A stretch of 64,000 nucleotides of DNA from Streptococcus mitis (lineage in GTDB: Bacteria > Bacillota > Bacilli > Lactobacillales > Streptococcaceae), in the NCBI GenBank assembly GCA_001914195.1, contig MKYF01000001.1, forward strand, positions 46,595 to 110,594, read 5' to 3'. The notes beneath the pieces are model-generated. The model ran no database searches. It was given only the letters and a program-made list of their open reading frames with translations, and was not told the DNA's origin. Both the position numbers and the translations under genes were made by a program. Shown piece after piece: positions 10,587 through 19,798 of the stretch. Numbering within the stretch: position 1 is the first letter of the stretch; each line of letters starts with the position of its first letter.

Positions 10587-10824
10587 GGAAAGATTTATAG
10601 TTCGTTGAATCAATAGCAGGACAAATAAGTTTATAAAATATTATGAAAAATCAGTTTGAATTTCTCAATCAACTTGTTCATATTCTATTTCAATCTACTA
10701 TACTTTCTCTTATCCTGAAATGATGTTATTACTCAGCATCTCTTGAGTTGTCTGACTTGACTTTCTTGATGGAAATTATATAACAGTTGTAACAAAAATA
10801 ACTACAACTAAAAAAGGACCATTT

Positions 10825-11679
10825 ATGACCTATGAATACAAGAGCCACATTTATTTGGCAGAGGCAGTTTTGAATGTAAAGGATTTGGCAAGTCAAACAG
10901 CCTTTTATCAGCAAGTTATTGGTTTAGAAATCTTATCTCAAACTGAGACAGAGTCCATTCTAGGACTTGGTGGAAAAGCCTTGGTACAGCTGATTCAAGC
11001 ACAAGAGAGCGGTGAAGTAAGGGGACATTATGGACTTTACCATCTGGCTATTCTTTTGCCGACACGAAAGGCTTGGGCGGATGTCTTGAAACACCTGACA
11101 GATTTACAGATTCCTCTTGTGGGCGGTGCAGACCATGGTTACAGTGAGGCCCTTTACTTGGAGGATTTAGAGGGAAATGGTATTGAACTCTATCGAGACA
11201 AGCCGGTTTCTACATGGGATATTCGAGAAGATGGACGCATTATCGGGGTGACTGAGGTTCTTGCGGCGCAGGATATCTATGAGTTGGGGGAAAGAGTAGA
11301 GCCTTTTATCCTAGCAGAAGGTACGAGAATGGGGCATATTCATCTTTCCGTCAAGGATAGTCGAAAGTCCAGCCAGTTTTATCAGAAGGTGTTAGAGCTA
11401 GAGGATAAATTCAATGTGCCTAGCGCTAGTTGGATTGCAGCTGGGGACTACCATCATCATTTAGCAGTCAATGAATGGGGAGGAAAAGGTCTGGATCCGC
11501 GTAAGCAAGGTTTGCCAGGTTTGGCCTATTATGTTATTGAAGTCGCACATAAAGAAGAACTGTTAACGATTGCGCAACGAGCACAAGAAGTTGATGCACC
11601 AATCAAGTGGCTGACATCAAGCCAGTTGGAAGTGACAGATCCAGACGGAATCGTGACCCGTGTTCGCTTAGATAGATAA
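10825..11679 (+). CDS. VOC/glyoxalase-family protein with two glyoxalase-like domains (ring-cleaving dioxygenase-like)
   Basis: 284 aa with duplicated beta-alpha-beta-beta-beta modules (HLAILLP..., HIHLSVKD...), typical of two-domain vicinal oxygen chelate proteins. Confidence 0.65.
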   Translation: MTYEYKSHIYLAEAVLNVKDLASQTAFYQQVIGLEILSQTETESILGLGGKALVQLIQAQESGEVRGHYGLYHLAILLPTRKAWADVLKHLTDLQIPLVGGADHGYSEALYLEDLEGNGIELYRDKPVSTWDIREDGRIIGVTEVLAAQDIYELGERVEPFILAEGTRMGHIHLSVKDSRKSSQFYQKVLELEDKFNVPSASWIAAGDYHHHLAVNEWGGKGLDPRKQGLPGLAYYVIEVAHKEELLTIAQRAQEVDAPIKWLTSSQLEVTDPDGIVTRVRLDR

Positions 11680-11772
11680 AACTAGGAATTTCTATCAAGT
11701 TATCAGCATAGGTAATTTGCCTTTTGAAAAGTCTTTGATAACAGAACTGCGTGAGCCGGATAGGCGAGAATT

Positions 11773-11801
11773 TTGACAAAGGAGCTGATTAGAGATATAA
11801 T
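11773..11801 (+). promoter_or_regulatory. Consensus promoter (TTGACA-17-TATAAT) of csoR-like gene
   Basis: ttgacaaaggagctgattagagatataat, 27 nt upstream of the 11829 start. Confidence 0.45.
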
Positions 11802-11828
11802 GAAGAAAAATCGAGCAAGGAAAAAGAA

Positions 11829-12086
11829 ATGACAAACTCAAAGTATATTACTCGTTTGAAACGTTCAGAGGGTCAGTTGCGTGGGATTCAAAAGATGATT
11901 GAAGAAGATCGTGACTGTGCTGATATTGTTACGCAACTAACAGCCGTGAAATCTAGTGTAGAGCGCGTGATTGAGATGATAATTACCGAAAACCTTACTG
12001 AATGCATCAACCAGCCGCTAGATGATCCTGAAGCTCAAAAGGAACGCCTAGAAAAGGCTATCCGATACTTGATTAAACGGAAATAA
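11829..12086 (+). CDS. CsoR/CstR-family (DUF156) metal/persulfide-sensing transcriptional repressor
   Basis: 85 aa, all-helical. The Cys and His ligand residues (C in RDCADIV, H/C in ENLTECI) sit at the positions of the CsoR/RcnR/CstR sensing site. The size is typical for the family. Confidence 0.7.
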   Translation: MTNSKYITRLKRSEGQLRGIQKMIEEDRDCADIVTQLTAVKSSVERVIEMIITENLTECINQPLDDPEAQKERLEKAIRYLIKRK

Positions 12087-12147
12087 AGAGATGAGAGTTG
12101 CAAAGATCTCTGCTATTAGAATAGTTGAATGTGAATCAAGAGAGGCT

Positions 12148-12220
12148 GGAAAAAGTCTTTCAAATAAGAAAAACGCATAGTATCAGGTGTTGAAAGCTTG
12201 ATACTATGCGTTTTGTTATG
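12148..12220 (+). repeat. SPRITE-like terminator hairpin repeat (copy 2)
   Basis: The prefix ggaaaaagtctttcaaat is followed by a perfect 15-bp stem, aaaacgcatagtatc/gatactatgcgtttt, and then Ts. It lies downstream of csoR-like. Confidence 0.5.
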
Positions 12221-12230
12221 TAGAGACTTA

Positions 12231-12333
12231 TACTCTTCGAAAATCTCTTCAAACCGCGTCAACGTCGCCTTGCCGTACTCAAGTATAGCCTGCGGCTAGT
12301 TTCCTAGTTTGCTCTTTGATTTTCATTGAGTAT
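12231..12333 (+). repeat. BOX element (boxA-boxC, no boxB)
   Basis: tactcttcgaaaatctcttcaaacc ... tttgattttcattgagtat. Confidence 0.8.
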
Positions 12334-12379
12334 TACTTCATTTTCTCCTGAAATTGAGTTTTTGCCCAGCTCCTTTTGA

Positions 12380-12676
12380 TTATTCTACTTGCCCTAGCCA
12401 AGCATTCATACCACCTTCTACATTGATAACGTTGAGGCCTTGGGCGCTGAGAAATTGACAGGCAGAGGCAGAACGCACTCCTCCTTGACAGATGATATGG
12501 TATTCATGGTCAGGATTGAGTTCTTTGTAGCCTTGTTCCAAGGTACTTAACGGAAGATTTTTGGCACCTGGTGCATGTCCTGCTTGGAATTCATGTACTT
12601 CACGGACATCGATAAGCTCTAGATTTTCATTTTGATATTTTTCATAAAAGTCAGCCATGCTGATATTAGTTTCCAT
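12380..12676 (-). CDS. Single-domain rhodanese (sulfurtransferase)
   Basis: 98 aa, with the active-site loop CQGGVRS. Confidence 0.8.
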   Translation of the reverse strand: METNISMADFYEKYQNENLELIDVREVHEFQAGHAPGAKNLPLSTLEQGYKELNPDHEYHIICQGGVRSASACQFLSAQGLNVINVEGGMNAWLGQVE

Positions 12677-14321
12677 ATTCTACTCCTTCTGGCTTAGCCG
12701 TTTTGTATAGTGAATAAGCGCCGTCAAGGTTTTGGACGGTAAATCCTGCTTGTTTGAGGATACGCTCTGCGATATAGCTGCGCAAACCACTGTGGCAGCT
12801 AACGATGTAGGCTTGGTTCTTGTCCAGTTCGTCCAAGCGTTCCCGTAGTTCGTTTAGGGGGATGTGGATGGTATCGACTTTGAGTCTACCACTTTGGAAT
12901 TCGCCACTTGTCCGTACATCAAGGAATTTCTTACCTTTAGCCAGTTCGTCTTCGAGCTGATACCATTGAATATTGTCGCTGAGACCTTCGATAAGGTTCA
13001 AGGCTGCGTAGCCCAGCATATTGACGGGATCCTTGGCAGAGCCAAATGGTGGCGCATAGGTGAACTCCAATTCTGGTAAGTCAAAGACGGAGAGATTTCC
13101 CTTGATAGCAGTTGCTAGGATATCGATTCGCTTGTCAACACCTTTCTTCCCAACTCCTTGGGCACCGTAGATTTTTCCAGTGGTTGGGTCAAAGAGGAGC
13201 TTCAAGGTCATATCAGTAGCACCTGGATAATAACTAGCGTGGTCTTTCCCACTGACATGGAGGGCCTTGTAAGGAAGTTGATTCATGCTAAGGATACGCT
13301 CGCTGAGACCAGTCGAAGCAGCTGTCATATCAAAGGCACGAACGATAGTAGTGCCGATACTGCCCTTGTTTGTACGTTCTAGTCCTGCGATGACGTCTGC
13401 CACTTGGCGTCCCTGACGATTGGCAGGAGAAGCGAGAGAGATGAGAGCGTCTTGGCCCGTAATCTCTTGCTTGACGACGATGGAATCCCCAACTGCAAAA
13501 ATATCTTTTTGACTGGCTTCGTAATGTTCATCTACAAGAATCCCACCTCTAAGTCCCAGTTCAATCCCCGCAGTTTTGGCCAGTCCGTTTTCAGGTTCAA
13601 CACCGACAGAAAGGATGGTGAGGTCAGAAGTGATCTTTTGACCGTTTTCGAGAACGATGACTTTTCCTTGCTCTTCAAATCGAGTCGCAGACTGAGAAGT
13701 GATAACGCGAACGCCGTTTTTAACCAATTCTTCCTGGACAAAGGCTGCCATTTCTTGATCTAATGATGGTAAAACATGGGGTGCTTTTTCAACAATAGTA
13801 ACTTGCAATCCACGTTTCGCCAGGTTTTCAGCCATTTCAAGTCCGATAAAGCCTGCACCGATAACGACAGCTTCTTTTGGATGATTGTCCAAGGCTGCCA
13901 TAATTTCATCGAGATCGGGAACGTTGCGAAGCGTGTAGGTATTTTTAGTTTCTGCCAAACCCTCAATGGCAGGAACAAATGGTTTAGCTCCTGGGGAGAG
14001 GATCAGCTTGTCGTAGCTTTCTATGAATTCCTGTCCATCGTGTCGCACCGTCACAGTGTGTTCTGCTGGGGAAATACTGATGACCTCGTGAAATGGTCGC
14101 ACGTCCAGATTAAAGCGTGCCTTGAGACTTTCAGGAGTTTGGACCAATAAACTATCACGGTTTGCAATTTCTCCTGAAACATAGTAAGGAAGTCCGCAGT
14201 TTGCAAAGGAAACAAAGGGACCTTTCTCAAAAATAGTGATTTCAGCGTCTTCCATGAGACGTCTGAGACGGGTTGCTGCTGACATTCCGCCTGCAACTCC
14301 CCCGACAATGATAATTTTCAT
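12666..14321 (-). CDS. CoA-disulfide reductase fused to a C-terminal rhodanese domain (CoA-persulfide reductase-like)
   Basis: 551 aa. The FAD/NAD(P) fold is GxGxxG (KIIIVGGVAGG). The CoADR active-site Cys is in SFANCGLPYYV. The C-terminal rhodanese has CHSGLRS. Confidence 0.85.
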   Translation of the reverse strand: MKIIIVGGVAGGMSAATRLRRLMEDAEITIFEKGPFVSFANCGLPYYVSGEIANRDSLLVQTPESLKARFNLDVRPFHEVISISPAEHTVTVRHDGQEFIESYDKLILSPGAKPFVPAIEGLAETKNTYTLRNVPDLDEIMAALDNHPKEAVVIGAGFIGLEMAENLAKRGLQVTIVEKAPHVLPSLDQEMAAFVQEELVKNGVRVITSQSATRFEEQGKVIVLENGQKITSDLTILSVGVEPENGLAKTAGIELGLRGGILVDEHYEASQKDIFAVGDSIVVKQEITGQDALISLASPANRQGRQVADVIAGLERTNKGSIGTTIVRAFDMTAASTGLSERILSMNQLPYKALHVSGKDHASYYPGATDMTLKLLFDPTTGKIYGAQGVGKKGVDKRIDILATAIKGNLSVFDLPELEFTYAPPFGSAKDPVNMLGYAALNLIEGLSDNIQWYQLEDELAKGKKFLDVRTSGEFQSGRLKVDTIHIPLNELRERLDELDKNQAYIVSCHSGLRSYIAERILKQAGFTVQNLDGAYSLYKTAKPEGVEYGN

Positions 14322-14341
14322 TGATTTTCTCCTTTATGCTT

Positions 14342-14647
14342 CTAGATGACTTTTCCTGTCCAAGCGCTCATACCGCCTCGGACATTGATGACATCATAGC
14401 CTTCTTTCTTTAGCTTTTTAGCAGCCATCTTACTACGCACACCAGAATGACAAATGACATAAAGTGTTTCTTTTGTTGTTGGTGTATAGGAACCAATTTC
14501 GGTCAGAGGAACATTCTTGGCATTTTTGATATGACCTCTACGAAATTCCATTGGCGTCCGAACATCTAGTAGCTGAATTGGTTCCTTGAGTTTAGCTTCT
14601 AACTCGCTGGTAGAAATACTGTCAATTTTTGTAAATAAGTGAAACAT
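14342..14647 (-). CDS. Single-domain rhodanese (sulfurtransferase), first gene of the operon
   Basis: The ORF track 14342..14659 uses TTG. The ATG is at 14647 (MFHLFTKID...), with a GGAGGTG RBS 4 nt upstream. The active site is CHSGVRS. Confidence 0.8.
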   Translation of the reverse strand: MFHLFTKIDSISTSELEAKLKEPIQLLDVRTPMEFRRGHIKNAKNVPLTEIGSYTPTTKETLYVICHSGVRSKMAAKKLKKEGYDVINVRGGMSAWTGKVI

Positions 14648-14658
14648 AGGCACCTCCA

Positions 14659-14681
14659 AATATACCCTTATGGGGTATATT
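14659..14681. promoter_or_regulatory. Perfect 9-bp inverted repeat (aatataccc-N5-gggtatatt), candidate CsoR/CstR-type operator overlapping the -10 of the rhodanese operon promoter
   Basis: The palindrome is AATATACCC TTATG GGGTATATT, immediately upstream of the RBS. On the minus strand, TTGACA-17-TTTAAT lies directly upstream and abuts it. It resembles ATACC-N-GGTAT-type CsoR-family operators. Confidence 0.55.
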
Positions 14682-14823
14682 AAACCATGAAGTCAAGCTT
14701 TTGTCAAGCAAGTTGTTTTGACTTGAGATGGGGAATGGTTTCGATAGTTTAGAAAGCAGCCTATTCTTGACCTTTCAAAGTCTTTTTGATATGATGGGCT
14801 CAAAGTAAGTGTGAGGTATAAAG

Positions 14824-15381
14824 ATGACCAGCGAATATCAGAAAATGATTGCAGGAGAGTTTTACCGTCCATCGGACCCAGAACTGAGAGCCTTGGTTCA
14901 GGTTTCTCGCCAAAAACAGGTCGCCTTTAACAAGGAAGAAGATCCCTTGAAAGGGACGGAAATTATCAAGACTTGGTTTGGGTCAACTGGGCAAAATCTC
15001 TATGTCAATCCATGACTGGTAGTCGATTATGGGGTCAATATCCATCTAGGGGAAAATTTTTATTCTAATTGGAACTTGACCATGCTGGATGTTTGTCCAA
15101 TTCGCATCGGGGACAATGCTATGATTGGCCCCAACTGTCAGTTCTTGACTCCACTCCATCCACTGGACCCGCAGGATCGTAATTCAGGTGTGGAATACGG
15201 CAAGCCTATTACCATCGGAGACAATTTCTGGGCTGGAGGTGGCGTCATTGTCCTTCCTGGAGTGACACTGGGCAATAACGTAGTGGCTGGAGCAGGGGCT
15301 GTGATCACCAAATCTTTCGGTGACAATGTTGTCCTAGCTGGTAATCCCGCGCGTGTGATTAAGGAGATACCTGTGAAATAG
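14824..15381 (+). pseudogene. Maltose/galactoside O-acetyltransferase (hexapeptide-repeat, Maa/LacA family) interrupted by an in-frame TGA
   Basis: ORFs 14824..15015 and 15076..15381 are in the same frame, separated by a single TGA at 15013-15015 (...[19 protein letters not shown]...). Together they give a full-length Mac-domain plus left-handed beta-helix acetyltransferase. Confidence 0.7.
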
Positions 15382-15505
15382 AAGTAAAAAGGAACAACGG
15401 GGGGAGTGTTCCTTTTTGTATTTTTTATCGTAGTCTTATAAATTTTTCTTTTTTAATTAGGAATTTCTGTGTATCTTATTCTGGGGAAGTAGATTTTGTT
15501 TTTAT

Positions 15506-16552
15506 TTATAACTCCTCAATCACCTTGCATAGAGCCTCTACATCTTCTTTTCGACTAGACCAAGAAGTAGCAAAACGTATGATGGTATGCTTATCATCGT
15601 ATTTTTCCCAGTAAGAGAAAATCACTTTTTGAGACAGTTTTGTCATCTGTTCATCATTCACAATACAAAAGACCTGATTTGTTGGATTTTCAAAATAAAG
15701 GGGGAGACCAGTATTTTTACAAGCTAGACGAATCCGGTTGGCGTAGGAAATCGCATCTTTGCCAATCGTTTGATAGAGATTGTCTTTAAACAATTCGTCA
15801 AATTGGATACCGAGAAGTCTTCCTTTAGCTAGAAGGGCACCATGTTGTTTGATAATGGTGGTCATGTGAGGAAGAAGTTGAGGATTTGGGATAACGACTG
15901 CTTCCCCGAGAAGAGCACCACATTTGGTACCTCCGATATAGAAAGCGTCGCATAAGCGAGCCAAATCAGCAAGATTAACATCATTTTCAGGGCAGGCAAG
16001 AGCGTAAGCAAGACGAGCACCATCTACGAAGAGTTTAACATTCTTTTCCTTACAAACTTGAGAAATAGCTTCTAATTCTGCTTTTGAATAAAGGGTTCCA
16101 AGCTCAGTTGGTTGAGAGAGATAGACCATTCCTGGCATGACCATATGCTCATGGTTTTTATCAGCCCAATAGTCTTCAATAGTTTCTTTGATTTGCTGGG
16201 CAGTCAATTTTCCATCTGTTCCCTCTAGTTCGAGTACCTTGTGCCCTCCAAATTCGATAGCACCAGCCTCATGAACGCTGATATGACCAGTTTTTGCAGC
16301 AATCACTCCTTGGTAAGATTGGAGGAGACTGTCAATCATGACTTGATTGGTTTGGGTTCCACCGACAAGAAAATGGACCGCTGCCTGCGGACAAGCGCAG
16401 GCTTTTCGTATGCTTTCAATAGCACTGGCACTAATCGAATCGCTCCCATATCCGCTCATTTCCATTTCGTTGGTTTCCATGATTCGTTGAAGAATCGCAG
16501 GGTGTGCTCCTTGAAGATAATCATTTGCAAAATTTAGGATTTTGTTTGTCAT
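15506..16552 (-). CDS. PLP-dependent low-specificity L-threonine aldolase (beta-eliminating lyase family)
   Basis: 348 aa. The ...GGTQTNQ..., ...DGARL... and GGTKCGAL regions (PLP-lysine in GGTKxG) are typical of LtaE-type aldolases. Confidence 0.7.
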   Translation of the reverse strand: MTNKILNFANDYLQGAHPAILQRIMETNEMEMSGYGSDSISASAIESIRKACACPQAAVHFLVGGTQTNQVMIDSLLQSYQGVIAAKTGHISVHEAGAIEFGGHKVLELEGTDGKLTAQQIKETIEDYWADKNHEHMVMPGMVYLSQPTELGTLYSKAELEAISQVCKEKNVKLFVDGARLAYALACPENDVNLADLARLCDAFYIGGTKCGALLGEAVVIPNPQLLPHMTTIIKQHGALLAKGRLLGIQFDELFKDNLYQTIGKDAISYANRIRLACKNTGLPLYFENPTNQVFCIVNDEQMTKLSQKVIFSYWEKYDDKHTIIRFATSWSSRKEDVEALCKVIEEL

Positions 16553-16670
16553 AAAAGACCTCTTTCTTAATTGATGTATTTATTGTACAAGAAATACATT
16601 CATTACACAAACGTCAAAAAATCATATCAACTATGATAGAATGGAATGGGTAAAAGAAAAGGAGTGAAAA

Positions 16671-17561
16671 ATGGACGCAAGTAAATGCCATGCGGTTCTA
16701 ATTGCTAGTGAAACAGGTTCTTTTTCAGCTGCAGCAGAACAACTCAACTATACTCAGTCAGGAATCACTAGAATGATTTCTAGCTTGGAAGAGGAATTAG
16801 AATTTTCTTTGTTTATCCGCAGTAAAAAAGGAGTTCGTTTAACTGAAAATGGGAAATTGATGTTGCCTTATTTCAGGGAAATCGTTGAATCTAGTCAGAC
16901 TGCGCAAGAGATGAGCGATGATATAAAAGGAGTCGTCCGTGGTTCTATCACGATTGCCTGCTACTTTAGTGTATCCTCTATGTGGATGCCTCGTCTTTTA
17001 AAAGTCTTTTCAGAAAGCTATCCCGATATACAGATTAAGTTGTTGGAGGGTGGAAATAAGGAAATAGCTAAGTGGTTGGCAGAAAAATCTGTCGATATCT
17101 GTTTATGTGCAGAACCTCAAGATAAGACGGATTATAGTTGGGAAGAACTCTATCGGGATCCACTTCTTGTTTGGCTTCCTAAAAATCATCCTAAGGCTAG
17201 ACAAGCTCAATACGAGATAAAGGATTTAGAGGCAGAGGATTTTATTCATACCTTACCAGCTCAAGATACAGATCAGGACAGACTAATTGAGCAAGAAGGG
17301 TTACATCTAAAAACACGTTTTACAACAAAAGATGGATTTACTACCTATCAGTTAGTAAAAGCAGGATTAGGAGTGAGTTTTAATCAGGCTATGATCGCAC
17401 AGGATTGGAAAGAAGATGTAGTCCAGTTGCCCCTAAACCCACCACGGTTTGTCTCACTCGGGCTTGCTTTGCCAAGACAGAGACCAACTTCTCCAGCAGT
17501 GCAACGATTTCTTAGATGTATGGAAGAGGAGCTTTCGGAATTGATAAAGACAACTCCTTGA
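16671..17561 (+). CDS. LysR-family transcriptional regulator
   Basis: 296 aa. It has an N-terminal HTH (LIASETGSFSAAAEQLNYTQSGITRMISSLEEEL) and a LysR substrate-binding domain. Confidence 0.8.
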   Translation: MDASKCHAVLIASETGSFSAAAEQLNYTQSGITRMISSLEEELEFSLFIRSKKGVRLTENGKLMLPYFREIVESSQTAQEMSDDIKGVVRGSITIACYFSVSSMWMPRLLKVFSESYPDIQIKLLEGGNKEIAKWLAEKSVDICLCAEPQDKTDYSWEELYRDPLLVWLPKNHPKARQAQYEIKDLEAEDFIHTLPAQDTDQDRLIEQEGLHLKTRFTTKDGFTTYQLVKAGLGVSFNQAMIAQDWKEDVVQLPLNPPRFVSLGLALPRQRPTSPAVQRFLRCMEEELSELIKTTP

Positions 17562-17610
17562 CACTCGGTCAGCTTTTGATACAATAGTACAAAATTAGAG
17601 GAGGTAGGCT

Positions 17611-18375
17611 ATGATTCAGAAACATGCGATTCCCATTTTAGAGTTTGATGATAATCCTCAGGCGGTTATCATGCCCGATCACGAGAAGCTGGATTTGCAC
17701 TTGCCCAAGAAGTGTGTCTATGCTTTTTTAGGTGAGGAGATTGATCGTTATGCGAGGGAAGTAGGGGCGGACTGTGTCGGTGAGTTCATTTCTGCCACCA
17801 AGACCTATCCGGTCTATGTTATCGACTACAAGGGTGAGGAAATTTGTCTGGCTCAGGCTCCTGTTGGTTCAGCTCCATCAGCCCAGTTTATGGATTGGTT
17901 GATTGGCTATGGTGTGGAGCAGATTATTTCCACTGGAACCTGTGGTGTGCTGGCTGATATAGAGGAAAACGCCTTTCTAGTCCCTGTTCGCGCTCTGCGA
18001 GATGAAGGAGCTAGTTATCACTATGTGGGACCTTCTCGTTATATGGAAATTCAGCCAGAGGCTATTGCTGCTATTGAGCAAGTGTTGGAGGCCATAGGGA
18101 TTCCCTATGAAGAAGTCATGACCTGGACGACAGACGGTTTTTACCGAGAAACGGCTGAAAAGGTGGCTTATCGCAAGGAAGAAGGCTGTGCTGTTGTGGA
18201 GATGGAGTGTTCTGCGCTTGCGGCAGTAGCCCAGCTGCGTGGGGTTCTCTGGGGTGAATTGTTGTTCACAGCTGATTCTCTAGCGGATTTGGACCAGTAC
18301 GACAGTCGTGACTGGGGTTCAGAGGCTTTCGAGAAGGCCTTGGAACTCTGCCTTGAGATTGCCTTTCAGATATAG
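17611..18375 (+). CDS. Nucleoside phosphorylase-family protein (PNP/UDP family 1 fold)
   Basis: 254 aa. ...ISTGTCGVL... and ...VVEMECSALAAVA... resemble purine/uridine phosphorylase and MTA-nucleosidase active-site segments. Confidence 0.55.
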   Translation: MIQKHAIPILEFDDNPQAVIMPDHEKLDLHLPKKCVYAFLGEEIDRYAREVGADCVGEFISATKTYPVYVIDYKGEEICLAQAPVGSAPSAQFMDWLIGYGVEQIISTGTCGVLADIEENAFLVPVRALRDEGASYHYVGPSRYMEIQPEAIAAIEQVLEAIGIPYEEVMTWTTDGFYRETAEKVAYRKEEGCAVVEMECSALAAVAQLRGVLWGELLFTADSLADLDQYDSRDWGSEAFEKALELCLEIAFQI

Positions 18376-18408
18376 CTACTCTCCTACTTTTTATGGTACA
18401 ATGGATGT

Positions 18409-19788
18409 ATGTTATTCAAATTATTTGTGAAAAAAATTGAAAGGGCCTTGGGTGGACTTTCGCCCGCTCGTCGAATTTTTCTGAGTTTCGCTGGAGTTAT
18501 TTTTATAGGCTCTCTTCTTTTGAGTTTGCCTTTTGTTCAGGCGAGTGGTTCGCAGGCCACTTATTTTGACCATCTTTTTACGACGGTGTCCATGGTCTGT
18601 GTGACTGGCCTTTTTACGCAACCAGTGGCTACGACCTATAATGTCTGGGGGCAGTTGATTTGTATGCTCTTGATACAGATTGGTGGTTTGGGGCTCATGA
18701 CTTTTATCGGGGTCTTTTATATTCAGGGGAAGCAAAAGCTTAGTCTTCGCAGTCGTGAAACCATTCAGGAGAGTTTTAGTTACGGGGAAACTCGGTCGCT
18801 GAAGGCCTTTATGCGGTCCATCTTTTTGACGACTTTTCTAGTGGAGGGCTTAGGTGCCTTTCTACTAAGTTTCCGTTTTATTCCTGAGTTCGGCTGGGGA
18901 CGAGGCATTTTTACTTCTATCTTTTTAGCTATTTCAGCCTTTTGTAATGCTGGTTTTGATAATTTCGGCAGTAGCAGTTTAGTGGATTTTCAGACGGATC
19001 CCTTGATCAATCTGGTCATTGCTGGCTTGATTATCACAGGTGGTCTTGGCTTTATGGTCTGGTTTGACTTGGCAACCCAGTTTGACAAGAAGAAAAAACG
19101 TAGACTGCGTTTCCACACCAAGTTGGTCCTCTTCTTGACTGCAGGAATTTTGCTGTTTGGGACAGTATCCACACTCTTTACGGAGTGGCACAATCCAGGA
19201 ACGATTGGCAATCTCAGTGTCCCAGAGAAAGTGCTGGTTAGCTTTTTCCAAACCGTTAGTATGAGAACGGCTGGCTTTGCTTCTATTGATTACACTCAAG
19301 CTCGGCCTGTGACCTTGTTTATCTATATCTTACAGATGTTTCTCGGAGGGGCGCCTGGAGGAACGGCTGGGGGGCTCAAGATTACGACTTTCTTTGTCTT
19401 GTTGGTCTTTGCGCGTAGTGAATTGCTGGGCTTGCCTCATGCCAATGTTGCCCAGAGAACCATTGAGGCTCGTACAGTCCAAAAATCCTTTAGTGTCTTC
19501 ATTATCTTTTTGATGACCTTCTTGTTGGGCTTGATGTTGTTGGGAATTACAGCAGAAGGAACACCGCGATTTATCTACCTCATGTTTGAGACCATTTCCG
19601 CCCTTGCGACAGTTGGGGTAACGGCAAATCTGACACCAGAATTGGGCAAGCTAGCCCTCAGCATTGTCATGGTGCTCATGTTTATCGGCCGTATCGGTCC
19701 CTTGACCTTGCTGGTTAGTCTAGCTGACTACCAGCCTGATAAGAAAGATTTGATTCAGTATATGAAAGCAGATATTAGTATTGGATAA
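18409..19788 (+). CDS. TrkH/KtrB-family potassium uptake membrane subunit
   Basis: 459 aa, polytopic. It has repeated selectivity-filter-like GGxG segments (GGLG, GGAPGG), and the NAD-binding partner gene is adjacent. Confidence 0.85.
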   Translation: MLFKLFVKKIERALGGLSPARRIFLSFAGVIFIGSLLLSLPFVQASGSQATYFDHLFTTVSMVCVTGLFTQPVATTYNVWGQLICMLLIQIGGLGLMTFIGVFYIQGKQKLSLRSRETIQESFSYGETRSLKAFMRSIFLTTFLVEGLGAFLLSFRFIPEFGWGRGIFTSIFLAISAFCNAGFDNFGSSSLVDFQTDPLINLVIAGLIITGGLGFMVWFDLATQFDKKKKRRLRFHTKLVLFLTAGILLFGTVSTLFTEWHNPGTIGNLSVPEKVLVSFFQTVSMRTAGFASIDYTQARPVTLFIYILQMFLGGAPGGTAGGLKITTFFVLLVFARSELLGLPHANVAQRTIEARTVQKSFSVFIIFLMTFLLGLMLLGITAEGTPRFIYLMFETISALATVGVTANLTPELGKLALSIVMVLMFIGRIGPLTLLVSLADYQPDKKDLIQYMKADISIG

Positions 19789-19798
19789 GAAAGGAAGA

